This document shows positions 63,845-64,000 of a DNA stretch of 64,000 nucleotides, one piece after another. The position numbers and the translations under genes were made by a program. Under the pieces are notes generated by a model, which searched no databases, was not told the DNA's origin, and was given only the letters and a program-made list of their open reading frames with translations. The first letter of the stretch is position 1, and every line of letters starts with the position of its first letter. The DNA comes from the human T2T-CHM13v2.0 reference genome, Homo sapiens: assembly GCF_009914755.1 (NCBI RefSeq), contig NC_060932.1; one strand, 5' to 3'.

Positions 63845-64000
63845 TTTTAATTTTCCTACAAAGATCACTTGCGTTTTCCCAGAGCCCAAGCATCTCACAA
63901 GACTCCAATGACGCTTCCCGTGAGTGCCACTGACGTGCAGTTTGAGCTCCACTGGGGCTTTTCCCTGGAGTCAGGGTGGCCCATGGGACTCCTTCAGTCA

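Overview
Primate (probably human) genomic DNA. The sequence carries AluS/AluJ/FLAM SINEs with target-site duplications, an L1PB element, many decayed L1M fragments, MIRs, MaLR/ERVL/ERV1 solo LTRs and MER DNA-transposon remnants. These flank a GC-rich, repeat-poor core (~18.4-32 kb and ~43-50 kb). I recognise no intact protein-coding gene, RNA gene or CRISPR array. The long ORFs in the supplied track come from tandem or low-complexity repeats or are chance ORFs in GC-rich DNA. The most distinctive structure is a 233-bp segment present twice (35191-35423 and 38042-38274, 4 mismatches), each copy running into its own differently organised G-rich minisatellite. Also notable are a (CA)n-spaced 8-unit minisatellite (17.1-18.1 kb), a 62-bp x4 amplification inside an MLT1 LTR, three large triplet-periodic arrays and several short motif-dense islands that look like enhancers. 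Repeat subfamily names come from recalled consensus sequences, not a database search, and boundaries of old elements are approximate. I cannot support a claim of a new biological system from sequence alone.
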